NCBI GenBank assembly: GCA_964035545.1
Contig: OZ037766.1
Location: 2,604,001 to 2,668,000, forward strand
DNA from: Bugula neritina
Taxonomy: Eukaryota > Animalia > Bryozoa
Length of the DNA: 64,000 nt
Reading direction: 5' to 3'
In this document: positions 10,418 to 22,849 of the stretch, piece by piece
Numbering within the stretch: position 1 is the stretch's first letter
Layout of the letters: each line of letters begins with the position of its first letter
The notes under the pieces: model-generated
The model's database searches: none
Seen by the model: only the letters and a program-made list of their open reading frames with translations
What the model was told of the DNA's origin: nothing
Translations under genes and position numbers: made by a program

Positions 10418-13400
10418 ATGGCGGATAAAGCAAAAGAAAATTTTATGAAGTCTTTTAGAAAGCAGCAAGTGGAAAACCATAATATCATTTCTCAAAGGTT
10501 GTGTTTTTGTATTTTGGTTCAGATATAAAAATTTTGTTCATGCAGTAGATGGTCTTCAGTAATATATTTTATATGTAAATTAGTCAGTGAAGAGTCTCAA
10601 GATTATGTGACTTTAAGATTGGTTTCTATAAATTTTTTAGAGAAAATCTGGAAAAAATTAATAGGCTAGTTGCAAATACATCGATAGACTTTAATCGTAT
10701 CTACGATGATCCAATTTATCACAAAGATGGTTTCTTTGACGAACAGTTTTATAATGAGCTAGAAGAAGCTGAAGTGAAAAGGCAGCTAGCACTTGAAGAA
10801 GCTAACCTTCAATCTAGTGACCTTTCCGTGTGTGACCCCGATGCTTCTCCCACTGTCAATCAGCCATCAAGTGTAATCGATGATCAGTATTTTGGTAACT
10901 TTGAACAAACTAATTCAAACAGTGTTGAAATTTTAAAGGAACTTTCTGGTGATGAAGATATTACGGACAGTGACTTGGGACCTATTGATGCTCAATACTT
11001 TTCTTCTTCTACTGATAATGCAGTGGAGCGAGTAAGCTCGCCTAGTCAAAGTATTCCTAGTGTTGAAGATATTGATGACCTGAACATTGTAGACAAGCAA
11101 ATGTTTGGAATTGACGAGGCTTGCTCACCACATAATGATGCCCATAATAGTTCTATCAACACTCAACATCGGCAATTGTCTTCTCACTATCGGGTCTCTA
11201 AACCACTTTCTTCAACTAATAAAACTATCCAGACGCAGATGTTTACATCAGTTGAGTCAAGCGACCAGAAGATGAAAAAGAAGCCTAGTGTTCATTCCGT
11301 TGATTCAGGTTCCAGTGACTCAATGCGCAATCAAAATACCATTCCTAAAAACTCAAATCAAGATCTCCGGCCTAGGTATAAGCTACCGTATTAAATATGT
11401 TTTAGTTGATCTTGAGTGAGAAATTGTTGAAAGTGTGCCTGAACCACGTTCAAAAGAACTTGATTTCTTAAAAATTGTTAAAATGTGTATCAACGTATAT
11501 TTTAATTTGCTTGCAACTGAAAACTGAATTTCCATTTGCAGCATCGTGCGGTCTAAAGGCGAGTTGGTGTTAAATGCCTTAGTTCCAGATTTGTCTAAGG
11601 AGCCAAGCTACTGTGTTGTAGATCTCCTTGTCGACACTATTGTTTATGAAGATGGTTTGTTTAAATTATGGTGTTGAGGTTTTGTGTAGTGTCTTCACTG
11701 CTTGTTTTTTCTGTATTCTAATCAAGCCACAAGCTACAGCTGTGTTCCATGACTTCGTATTCTGGTATAATGTTGTTTCATCTCTCCACCATTTTTTTTG
11801 TAGAGAGAGTCGTCTGTCTTAATAAGCCGTACAGTTTAGCATCTCAAGGTAATACTTTTAACTGCGATGCCACCACACTAAAATCTGGCAATCTGTATAT
11901 TTTGTTAAATTTATTAGTAGTATTTTTTAGTATTTTATTTATAGAGATTTTTTACCTTCTTTTGAAAACCTGCAAAGTTCTTGTTTTGCTTCTGTCTGTC
12001 TTTTGGCAGATGAATCAGATATAAATTTTTCTGTGTGTTCCATCAGCTTATCTTTTAACCCATTCCCAGTGTTGGTGTTCAATGTCAACCATATTTCTTC
12101 TATTTCTAACAACATTCCAGTTTCTCAAATAGTTCGCTAATTAAGGCTTCTTAAGTTAAATTTGTTTCAAGATAAATTCTGTGTATTGTCAAGAAGTTGA
12201 ATTTGTAGATGGGGAGGCAGTATTTCATAGCGTCACCAAGTACCTGCCTGAACTAGCTAAAAGACTCAAGTATGATGGCAGTCTGTATCTCTGTCATAGA
12301 CTGGATAAGAGTGTGTCTGGCGTGCTACTACTTGCCAAGTATGTTCAGGGAATGTTATTCCTGGTTCTTATTTTGTTCTTATGTTGTTCCTCGTTCTTTT
12401 TTTGTAATAGATTGTGGATATCCTAATAGCTGTTTGGATTGTTGTAAGGGGTAATAATTCATCTGTAAGAAAATTACAGTTATATGAATTTGGTAATGCA
12501 AACTGGTTTTTTCAATTTATTATATGAATTAACTGCTTTTTCAATGTTTTCTCTTTTAAATCAGATTGATATTTCAGAGGTGAGGCAGAAGCAGTGCATA
12601 TAAAAAGGAGGTTTGAAGTTGGGAATCTGTACAAATTCTACACAGCTCTTACGTGTGGCGTGCCTAAGCCGTCTGCTGGTGTCATTGATATCCCGATTGG
12701 TATTGAAACTAAAACCAAGCATGGTATTTACAGGGTAGGTGTTTACTATATTTCTATAATTCTCTCTTCTGCTTCACCTGCCCTCAAGTTATGATCATTT
12801 TTTGAGTATTGCATTTAGAACTGTTATGTTCAACCTGGTTTTAAAATGGTGTTTAGTATTTATATATGTTATTTGCTTCTTATTAATTTGTTATGAAAGC
12901 GTGAAGAATAATTTTAAATCTAGACTGCCAAACCCTTTAAAGTCTCTAGAGAGTTTAAGTCATGGCAATTGGTGCATCCCAGAGACGGGAAGACAATTCT
13001 TGAAACAAACTTGTTGCAAGAACTTTCTAATTGCAATAACCCAACAGAGATGATGTGTTATTCCAGTCAGTTCTGTTGTCTCATGACACTAAGACAAGAA
13101 GGAGAGGTGTGTACTCAGCAGTTACCAAGTATCAAGTGGTGAAACAGAACAACACTGCAGCTCTAGTCGAGTTGGAACCTGAGACAGGTGAGGCAGCTTT
13201 CCTTGTCAGCATTCCTGGTCCAGTCCAGGTCTAGTTGGTCTGTCCTGGCCCAGTCAATTTAGTTAGTCTTTCCTGACCCAGTCCACTTAGTTGGTCTTTC
13301 CTGGCCCAGTCCACTTGGTTAGTCTGCTGGTCCAGTTCACTTGTATTTCTATTCTCAAAGTCGCAATCTGAAAAGTTAGTTTTGTTAGCTTTCCTACATA

Positions 13401-14251
13401 CTCTTTTGGTCTTGAAATGATAACTTTAAGGTCAAGAAAGTCTGGCTTGTTAAAAAAATCTTTTTTAAATAGAAACTTTAGCAGTTATAATCTTGTAGTT
13501 TTTTCTGTAATAAAAGGTTCAGTTAAAAACTGGAGTAATATGAACATTGTGTTGTGCAAAGGCCATCCGATGTCTATATGACTTCATGTCGTTGCAGGCC
13601 GTAAACACCAGTTGAGGGTGCACCTGGCAGACGGTATTAGCACTCCCATCTTAGGAGATCACAAGTATTCACACAGGGACAAGCTTGCCCCTCAGGTATA
13701 CCCCCCTCCTGTGTATTGTTACTGAGTATCTTTTGCTAAGGTTATACGTGCAATTCAAAGGTGGAGACAACCCTAAGTGTTAAGTAATCCATCATAAAAG
13801 TCGTGTGATATGCTTGACTTATTATACAAGGGATGTGTAAGTGGAATCATTCATAAGCGGGTGCCTCAGTGAAAGTCATTTTTACTTTGCTAAACTCATC
13901 ATTTAAATTGTACAACTTTGCAACTCCTTATATTGTCAAAGTTTCGAAGTTAACTTTGGTAAAATAGTAACATATCTTTAATAACATTATATTGTACAGA
14001 AGTCACATGGACTTGGCACTGTAAGTAGTATTTGTATGTCCACAGTTTTGTGTATATTTCAGTGGCTGCATAAAGAGATCTTGACAAAGTTCAACCTGAA
14101 GCCTATGAATGCCAGGCAAATGCCGTTACACCTACACGCCAGACGACTCGTTTTACCCCACTACTTCCGGAATGGTCAGGAACTTACACTCACTGCCAAA
14201 CTACCAAAGTTTTTCAGCAGATCAATTAAACTCATGAAATTCTTCAGATGA
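10418..14251 (+). CDS. RPUSD4: RluA-family RNA pseudouridine synthase, RPUSD4-like, with long acidic N-terminal extension
   Basis: Exons ~10418-10497, 10641-11375, 11542-11654, ~11804-11848 (CLNKPYSLASQ), ~12209-12338 (LCHRLDKSVSGVLLLAK, catalytic HRLD), ~12578-12734, 13067-13187 (AALVELEPET), 13598-13695 (GRKHQLRVHLA...PILGDHKYS), 14063-14251 (LHLHAR). Start codon is uncertain. Confidence 0.88.
13207..13342. repeat. ~29-bp degenerate tandem repeat (CCTGGCCCAGTCCACTTAGTTGGTCTTT) x ~4.5
   Basis: Tandem units start just after the RPUSD4 exon 7 donor. Confidence 0.75.
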
Positions 14252-14647
14252 TAATGTCTTACACCTTTATTTTGATGTATTTGTAATATTTTAGGTTTAG
14301 CATATAAATCATATTGCAATAATAAAAAAAACTTCTGTTGTTGATGTGTATATGAGCAAAGGGGTCATTTAAAAAAGCAATAAACTGAATACAAGTTGAA
14401 AATCAGGGTGTTATAACAGTATATATTCCTACTAGTAAGCTAGATAGCAGTTCAATGTATATAATGTATTTTTTATTAAATTATATTTGTCTATCAAAAA
14501 TAAAATATTAGCTGGTTGTACTGTACAATGCAAGTATATCAGGTATTGGATAGCCAGACCCTCCTCCTAGTATTAGAGTCGGTTTCATCTGGCAGCCATT
14601 AAACTAAGTACTGTGTAGCCAAGGAGCAAGTAAATGTCTTCCTAGAC

Positions 14648-16566
14648 TCAGTTCCTCAAAGCAGCTAGTCTACAACAGAGTAGTTGGGTATTCTCTTTAG
14701 AAATCATTAATGGAGAATATGGGTGGCTGTCATTATGATGTTGTTAGGTCTTACAGGTAACGATACATAATATATTGTGCTAGTCAATAAATTCCTATTA
14801 TAATAAAGGTTTAATGCAAGCCGAAGTATGCGACAGCACGCACAGTCATGATATACACATTCTGCCCAATACTACAGGAAGTAAAAGGAGAACTAGCTTA
14901 CCGCCGAGAGAGATTATCTTCTTTCGCAGTAGAAGCGGAGGCCTCCAACGTGGACTGACCAGGATGTAGGTCTTTCAGCTGCTCGGTTATATCTAGGTCA
15001 TTCTCGGCAGCAACTTCCTTCATCAGATCTTCCACCTGATTGGCCGGAGCTGACATGGCAAAGGCTGCTCCCATAGCTTGCTCCATAGTCTACATACAAA
15101 GGAGTCGTCTTTTATTGTAAAGTGTTCATACATAAAAACATTGAATCATTAGGAGTTATCTGTCCAGCAGAGTAACCAGGTCTTCAAGTTTCAGTTCAAC
15201 AAATAGGAAACTGAACTATACAAAAAAAACAGTGGTTTACTTTTACCACTTCAGCTGAAAATCTTTCGGCTAGTTAAAGCAGTCCACAGTTATTTTAGTT
15301 ACCAGATTTCAACTGCAGTTGCAACAAGTAAATCTTTAAAGTTTCTCAAATCTAGTACACAATTTAACGTTTTACACTGGCAAAAGGTTTTAAAACCAAC
15401 TGAGGGATGCTTTGTACATTGATACCTACTGATGGCAATAGACTTTAACTTTTATACAGCTTTACACATCGACCAACTAAGAAGAGACAATTGCAACTCA
15501 CCGACTCCCGCACGTCCAGATCTTCAAACTGTGTTTCAAATTTAGACATTATTTTCTCCACTTCCTCTAGATTCATAGATGCCATGGCCCTGTCGAGTCC
15601 TTTAGTCACTACACCCAAGTTCTTCACTACCTGTTGACAAACCAGTAGGGGGGCATTATGCAAAAGAACAATATGTAACGCAAATACGACATGTGAATGC
15701 TAAAATCTATCTTTTATTGAGAAAAACAAAATACAACATAACAACTTTTAAATGCTAAAATCTATCTTTTAAAATCACAAACTAGTAATCAATTGATATG
15801 CTTTCACATGAATTAGTTTTTAGTTACTAGTAGCAGTAAATAGTCAAATCAGCTGTCCTCCCACAACCCAACATGGATTCTAAGTTTGAAATGTAAAATA
15901 TTGAAATTTTTTAAGGCTGTATTTATTTGTGAGGACACTTACTTCAAGCTTAGTTTATACTTACCCCTTTCATCGCCACGGCTGTCTGTACTCTGCTCGA
16001 CACTGCATCCACTCTTGCACTCATTCTCATAAAATTTAAACTTTCATTTTTCTTCCTAATTGCATTTTCGGCGTATATTTTGGCTCCATCAATATTTTTT
16101 TGAGTCTGTTCAAATTTATAGACAATTACAATCACACATTTTATAGACATTTATAGACTATTAATACCACATAAAGTATAAATAATTAAACCAGAATCGG
16201 CAAACCGGTTATTTTTATTTGTAAACATGATTTAAAAATTGTTGAAAAACAAAGCAGTTCATTTGTATCCATTTCAATCAGCAAACTTACCATTGCTCTT
16301 TTCATTTTGGCCTTTTCCTTTTCTTGTTCTTTTTCAGCTTTTTTAGCCAGTTTATCTAATTGTTTAGCTGAAAACTAAAAATGCTACATTGTGTTATTAT
16401 TTAAAACATTAAAAAGAAATACCACAAATTTAGTTACTTTAGACTATAACTAGTTTGAAATGCTAAAGACTAAGATGATTTAGATGAGCTTCAGTTAGTG
16501 AACCCTGTTAGGGTTTAAATTCACTACCTTCAGTTGGAAGAGGGTATCTTGGAGGGATTCCGGCAT
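14648..16566 (-). CDS. CHMP1A: Charged multivesicular body protein 1A (ESCRT-III), 200 aa
   Basis: Exons 16566-16528 ([13 protein letters not shown]), 16374-16291, 16105-15965 ([12 protein letters not shown], the CHMP1A-type motif), 15630-15502, 15089-14902, 14669-14648 (C-terminal MIM1 EDNLSRRLAALRN). All phases consistent. Confidence 0.95.
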
Positions 16567-17451
16567 TTTGTAACAGCAGATAACTTCCTGAAATAAGAAA
16601 TCAATATTTTTATAACCAACAAAATAACTTAATTTACTATATTATATGAAATGGATTTAAGCGCTAGCCACAATACACCTAGACACGACATAATTCATAA
16701 TATAATTTACAGTATGTAGTACAATGACCAATATTGTCATTAAAGCAATGCATTTTTAATTACTAATTTACTAAAACTATTTAGTATACAGATATGTGAT
16801 CCAAGAAGGTGAGTGAGTGAGATTTAGTGTCATACCACTACATACTAAGTCATAATTTTAGCTTCATTTTGATAAGCAAATATAAATAAGTATTAAGTAT
16901 TAATATTAGAATTACTCATAATAGGTACTTGGTTTGCATACGTATTGTAATAAATATAATATATACCTAAAACTAAGTATTCTATAAGATTTATTTACTT
17001 ACTCAACTAACAATAATATTATAAATATAATTTATCTGTCAGACTGTAGGATTCAAGCACTAATTGTGAATAGAGCTAGAAGACCAAGTCAGAGATTAAG
17101 TTTGAGCAGCAAGCTCAATATTAATATGAATATGAGGCTGATTATCTGCACAATAAGAGTATTATTAATATCAAAAATAATAGTGAGTGATACAGGCAAT
17201 ACTATTATATAATATTTAGTATAAGTATAACTCATTTATTGTCTCAGTCTGTTATATTTTAATTCAGTTTCCTTATTAGTCTAAGTTTTAAAACTAGACC
17301 ACAGTAGTAATACTTATATTTGTAGTTACCGCTATACTGATACTCATAGTCATACTCTCATAATCTAGTACTCTACTAGTAGTTATACTAACACGAATAG
17401 TAAAAATTTATAATTCAAATTGTACCACTACTATAAGTATAAGTATAATTA

Positions 17452-17452
17452 C

Positions 17453-17538
<86 letters not shown>
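17452..17538. repeat. (TAG)n microsatellite followed by TAG/TAT/AAT-rich low-complexity DNA to ~17900
   Basis: Perfect TAG triplet run visible in the sequence. Confidence 0.95.
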
Positions 17539-18629
17539 CTCAGTACGGCAATTGTATTAATTATTATATTTATATAATAATAGTTTAATAATACTAATAG
17601 TAATACTAATACTAATAGTAATAGTATAGACAGTATATTATACTTATACTTATAGTATTACTAGTATTACTATTAGTATTACTATAACTATTACTATTAG
17701 TATTAGTATTAGTATTAGTATTAGTATAAGTATATTACTATATAATAACAATACTAATAGTAATACTAATAGTAACAGTGTATAGTACCATCAATAATAA
17801 TTATAATATCGTTAATGATCATCATTATGATTATGATTATTAGTATTACTATAATATAATAATAATTATAATTTAAATATAATGTTTATATTAATAATAA
17901 TATTCAATTCGAATTTTAAATTTATATATTTATAAAATACGTGTAACTCACACTGTATAAGTATAAGACTAAGTATCACTATTAAATAATAATTAAAAAC
18001 ATGAAGCTTGGTTATTTCATTTATGATAATGGCAAGCACAAGCTAAATTCTGGCGCCGTGATTCACCAAGAACTGAACAAGAATAATATTGTTAGCGTCA
18101 ACTTGATGCGTAATAAAATTATAATCGTAAATTCATTGGAGTTGGGTATTTCGAGGTGTCTCATCATCATGTGTTTAAGCGTATCAACACTAAAGAGCCA
18201 ATAGCCTAGCCAATGAAAACCTCTGTTTTATTCAGTCATCATGGTCATTTAAGTCAACTACAGAGTTATCTTACCTATAAAACTCGGACTTGGCTTGCAC
18301 AAGGAAATGATAATATTATTATACAGCTTGTGGTAAAGATTATAAATTCGTTATTGCACAGTGTTGATAATAATTATTGTAAAAGGCTATTTAGTACTAT
18401 ATATCTAAATGTGCACACTGTGCAGCTACTGCATGATCAGCAAAATATTATAATGATAAAGTATGTTGTTTAATAGGGCTCCTGAGTTGTAGGCTACACA
18501 AACATATACCTATATATCCAAATAAATCACAGTCATACAATACCAAATTATTCTTGAAAGTCTTGATGGTCTCTCAATAGATCATATCAGAATATTTTTG
18601 AGAGCCTGTACACTATAATAATACTCTCA

Positions 18630-18850
18630 CTCACTCATGCAAGTTTATAGTCGCTATCTCTGTGAGAACCCTTGGTGAAAAGGATTTTTTCAGTAGCCAG
18701 CTTAGAAATTATTCTAATACTGCATAGGAGCAATTATGACTAGATACTCTCCCTAACATCACCAATGGTCTTTACTGGGGTATGAACCCATGATTTCGGG
18801 TTGGCTAAGCCAATACTCTAACCTCTAGAGTCTAGACTCTAGAGTCTAGA
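18630..18850 (-). mobile_element. tRNA-derived SINE copy (duplication unit 1)
   Basis: Colinear similarity to 240-499 (AACATCACCAATGG..TTTACTGGGGT..GAACCCA..CTCTAACC). Confidence 0.7.
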
Positions 18851-19664
18851 CCCTCTGATAAATAGTAAGGTTCTTGTAAAAGATAACTCCAACACAGATG
18901 CCCTCATTTAAAGCTTACATTACTGCATGCAGGGTATCACTTAATGTAAGCAGGGTAGGTATATTTATTTCATATACAAAGCTTTAGCAACTATATTGTC
19001 AATAAAGTTAGTTGTGTTATCTTTATACAATTATAACTGTGAGTGAAATTATTCCTCCTCGCACACATTGTACACATTGTACTGGCTGATAACTATGATC
19101 AGTGACTTCCTCCTCCTTCCCTTCCTCCTCCCCAATCCCGCAAACAATGAGCAGCAAACTTTCCAACCGTCATACATAACAAAGTTTTTTCATCTATGAG
19201 TATATTGTCCCTTTACAATAAGTCATAATGCTGCACTATCACCAGCAACACTCACCCACTGCTACAGCATAATGACTGAGTCAATACTTGTCAAAAGAAT
19301 TCCTCCTGATTGTATGTCGAATCTGCTTGTATTAGTTATATTATGCTGATTCGTATATAAATGACAAACCTTGCAGTGGAGCAACATTTGGTTTCATGCA
19401 AGCAAATATATTATGAGGAGCTTAGAATTGTAGATTTTTAGCTCTACGTTGAAATAACTCTTTTTCTGTAATATTTGTTATATTACATGTAGCATTGCAT
19501 ATAGCCTAAAACAGTTCAATATAGGAAACACTTACCAGAATTTATAAAACAAAATACTACATACACTGCAGGTACGTACAGAAAGTTAGCAAATATACCT
19601 ACAGTACTGTAATTGTATGTATAATATTGTAGTACTGTATACTATATTGCTGCATATTGTAACA

Positions 19665-19837
19665 CTAGGGGGGGGGGGGGGTGGACCATTGCAACACTTA
19701 TTTTAGCTTTGTAGTGTGAGGTCCCTCCTCACTACTAAACCACTATTCAGTTTTTCCTTGCTTAGTCTGTCATGTAGTGAATAAGAGCTCACTCTACAGT
19801 ACTTATAGGAAGTAGGGGCTGTAGTGGTCCACCCCTA
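19665..19837. mobile_element. Putative MITE; degenerate copy at ~22380-22574
   Basis: Inverted ends TAGGGG(G)nTGGACCATTGCA ... TGTAGTGGTCCACCCCTA. No coding capacity; TSD may be TA but is not certain. Confidence 0.5.
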
Positions 19838-19981
19838 CTCTAATGCTATTTGTGTCTATTTCCTAGCCTATCACTTTTGATATCATATAAGAATAATGCG
19901 TATATACTAGTTATGTTCTTCAGATTTCAATTGAAAGCATGTTTGCTATAAAACATAGAGCGATTTTTTAGAGTATACAAG

Positions 19982-20110
19982 ATGGCGGAGCCAATCAAAA
20001 ACCAGGAGCAGCCGGATGATGGTGGTACAGAGGTAGAAGAGATTCCAACCACAAATAGGATGTTGGAAAAAAACCCAGTTTCTTGCAAAAAGAGTGAAAT
20101 CAATATCTAA
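19982..20110 (+). CDS. Putative 42-aa microprotein, copy 1 (MAEPIKNQEQPDDGGTEVEEIPTTNRMLEKNPVSCKKSEINI)
   Basis: Strong start context CAAGATGGCG, upstream acceptor TTATGTTCTTCAG (ends 19923), donor CAG/GTACGT (19571/19572), TATATAAA at 19354, AATAAA at 20123. All are conserved in copy 2. Confidence 0.5.
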   Translation: MAEPIKNQEQPDDGGTEVEEIPTTNRMLEKNPVSCKKSEINI

Positions 20111-20749
20111 ACCTGATGTATCAATAAAACATGTCAAAGGCTTTTTAATAGCTTTTTGAATATTATTCATTTTATATGTCCTGTGCTTTATATGAATGTC
20201 AAGATTAAATTTTTAAAAAATTGATTAATAAATTAAAGTTTTAGTATTGTTACCATTTTCATATTCCAGTGACATATCCTTATCTATAAGATAGTCAATC
20301 ATGTGTGTTTTATGCCACTATCATGTATTTTAAGCTGCTCCTTTGTTAGTACACTTGCACCAATTAGTATTCATAGAAAGTTTGTTAGTATCTGAGAGAA
20401 TATTTTTTCTGCAGGATCTGGACAGCAACTTTAAGTAAATAGCAAAAGTAACAGCGATGTGAAAATTCAAATTTGAATGACACACTAAAAATGAAAAGTT
20501 ATGATAAATTTTGCCACATGAAAAATAAGCAGCAGCTGATGCTAAAGCTGCACCATACACTGAACCTCACATGCCTAGTGTTACAATTTTGTCTAAATAT
20601 CACTAAAGGGAAATATACTAGCTTTTAAATATATACCTATATATACAAATAAATCACAGTCATACAATACCAAATTATTCTTGAAAGTCTTAATGATCTC
20701 TCACTATCAGAATATTTTTGAGAGCCTGTACACTATAATAATACTCTCA

Positions 20750-20960
20750 CTCACTCATGCAAGTTTATAGTCGCTATCCCTGTGAGAAACTCCTCATGGA
20801 AAGGGTTTTTGTTAAAGCGAGCTATAAGGACTTATTTAAATGAGGCACAGGAGCAATTGTGACTAGATACTCTTCCTAACATCACCAATGACCTTTATTG
20901 GGGTATGAACCCATGACCTCGTGTTTACTAAACCAACGCTCTAACCTCTAGAGTCTAGAT
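20750..20960 (-). mobile_element. tRNA-derived SINE copy (duplication unit 2), with a hAT MITE inserted at its head
   Basis: Colinear similarity to 240-499 and 18630-18850. Confidence 0.7.
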
Positions 20961-20967
20961 TTTAGAC

Positions 20968-21307
20968 CAGGGCTGTCCAACAGGTGGCCCGAGGGCCGAA
21001 CGCGGTCCCCAGCCTACATTTATGTAGCCCTCGAAGGCATAGCAGATTATTTTTTACAGCATGCATGAGATAGAATGAAAAATCACATTTAAAATGTTTT
21101 ATTTATTTATACACATGCTACAAAACATACAGCCTGCAGAAATTTTTAAGACCTCATTGTGTAATAATTCAACAGAAGTTGGAATAAAGTAATTTAAAAG
21201 TTGCTAATGCTGTGGCCCCCAGCTCAAGCTAAAGCTTACAATGTGGCTCTCGCCATTAGAATGTTCCCTTTCAGTGACCCTTGGTCTGAAAAGGTTGGAC
21301 ACCCCTG
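20968..21307. mobile_element. Non-autonomous hAT (Charlie-like) MITE, 340 bp
   Basis: TIRs CAGGGCTGTCCAAC / GTTGGACACCCCTG. 8-bp TSD TTTTAGAC / CTCTAGAC resembles the NTCTAGAN Charlie target. Absent from the paralogous site in unit 1. Confidence 0.88.
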
Positions 21308-22720
21308 CTCTAGACCCTCTGATAAATAGTAAGGTTCTTGTAAAAGATAACTCCAACACAGATGCCCTCATTTAAAGCTTACATTACTGTAAGTATGGTA
21401 TCATTTAATGTGAGCAGGGAATGTTTATTTCATATACAAAGCTTTAGCAATTATTTTGTCAATAAAGTTAGTTACGTCATCTTTATACAATTATAACTAT
21501 GAGTGAAATTATTCCTCCTCGCACACATTGTACACATTGTACACATTGTACTGCTTGATAAAGCTCCCTACACTCAATAGTATTATTATATGCAGAGCAG
21601 TAAGCCATCTATACAAATAAGTAACTGCCTCTCATTTCATTTGTCATAGCAAACTTTCCAACATCATACATAACTAAAGTTGTTTCACAATCACTTATAA
21701 TATTGCAACGACAATTTCTCCATAACACCAACTTCACCATTGACTGAGTCAACACATGTCAAACAAGTCCCCCTGATTGTATGCTGAATCTGTATTTATT
21801 GTTAGATATACGGCAAGTTCGTATATAAATAGACAAACCTTGTACTCGAGCAACATTTGGTTTCATGCGAGCAAACATACCGAGAGAGGGACATAGAATT
21901 GTAAATGTTTAACTCTGCGTTGAAATAACCCTTCTTCTATAGAGCTTGTTACATTACATGCAGCATTGTATATAGCCTAAAACAGTTCAATATAGTAAGT
22001 TATACAACGGAATACTACATACACTGCAGGTACGTACAGAAAGTTAGCAAATATACCTAAAGTATTGTAATTTATATATGCTTTAATACTATATATTGTA
22101 TTGCTGTATAATATTGTAACATTGCGTGTTGTAATACTGTAACAATACAACGTACACTCTATTCTGTAATAGTGCTTGCGGTAATACTGTATATTGTAAT
22201 ATGTATTAATGGATGCCATATGTAATACCAAATATACTGTAATACTTTGCATATAATTATTTAAAGTATTATAGTACCAGCTCATCATTGTAATATAATT
22301 AAAGTTAGTTATGAGTTTAGGAAATGGCAAACAATGCATGAACAGGAGGCCAAAATCTTACATGACATACAGACATACGTAGGGGGTGAACCATAACAAC
22401 CAAGCATATGTAGGGGGAGGGTGTACTATAGCAACACTTATTTCAGCATTGTAGACTGAGGTCCCTCCTCACTACTAAACCGCTATTCGTCCTTCTCTTG
22501 CTTAGCCTGTCATTTAGTGAATAAGAGCTCACTCTACAGTGCTAGAAAGTAGGGGCTGTAGTGGTCCACCCCTACTCTTTAATGCTATTTGTATCTATTT
22601 TCTAGCCTATCACTTTTGATATCATGTAAAAATAATGCATATATACTAGTTATGTTCTTCAGATTTCAATTGAAAGCATGTTTGCTATAAAACATAGAGC
22701 AACTTTGTAGAGTATACAAG

Positions 22721-22849
22721 ATGGCGGAGCCAATCAAAAACCAGGAGCAGCCGGATGATGGTGGTACAGAGGTAGAAGAGATTCCAACCACAAATAGGAT
22801 GTTGGAAAAAGACCCAGTTTCTTGCAAAAGGAGTGAAATCAATCTCTAA
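22721..22849 (+). CDS. Putative 42-aa microprotein, copy 2 (MAEPIKNQEQPDDGGTEVEEIPTTNRMLEKDPVSCKRSEINL)
   Basis: Same architecture as copy 1: TATA 21822, donor 22029/22030, acceptor ending 22662, AATAAA 22862. Three conservative amino-acid differences. Confidence 0.5.
   Translation: MAEPIKNQEQPDDGGTEVEEIPTTNRMLEKDPVSCKRSEINL

Noticed and set aside
17946-18230. Non-coding first exon and promoter of CHMP1A (minus-strand GTGAGT at ~17951, two CCAAT at ~18198-18214)
   Set aside because: Plausible given the 5' UTR acceptor at ~16589, but several other donors are possible and it cannot be fixed without transcript data.
19982-20110. Beta-thymosin identity for the 42-aa ORF (similar size, EKNP)
   Set aside because: It lacks the LKKT actin-binding motif and the N-terminal helix pattern; the similarity is too short to support.
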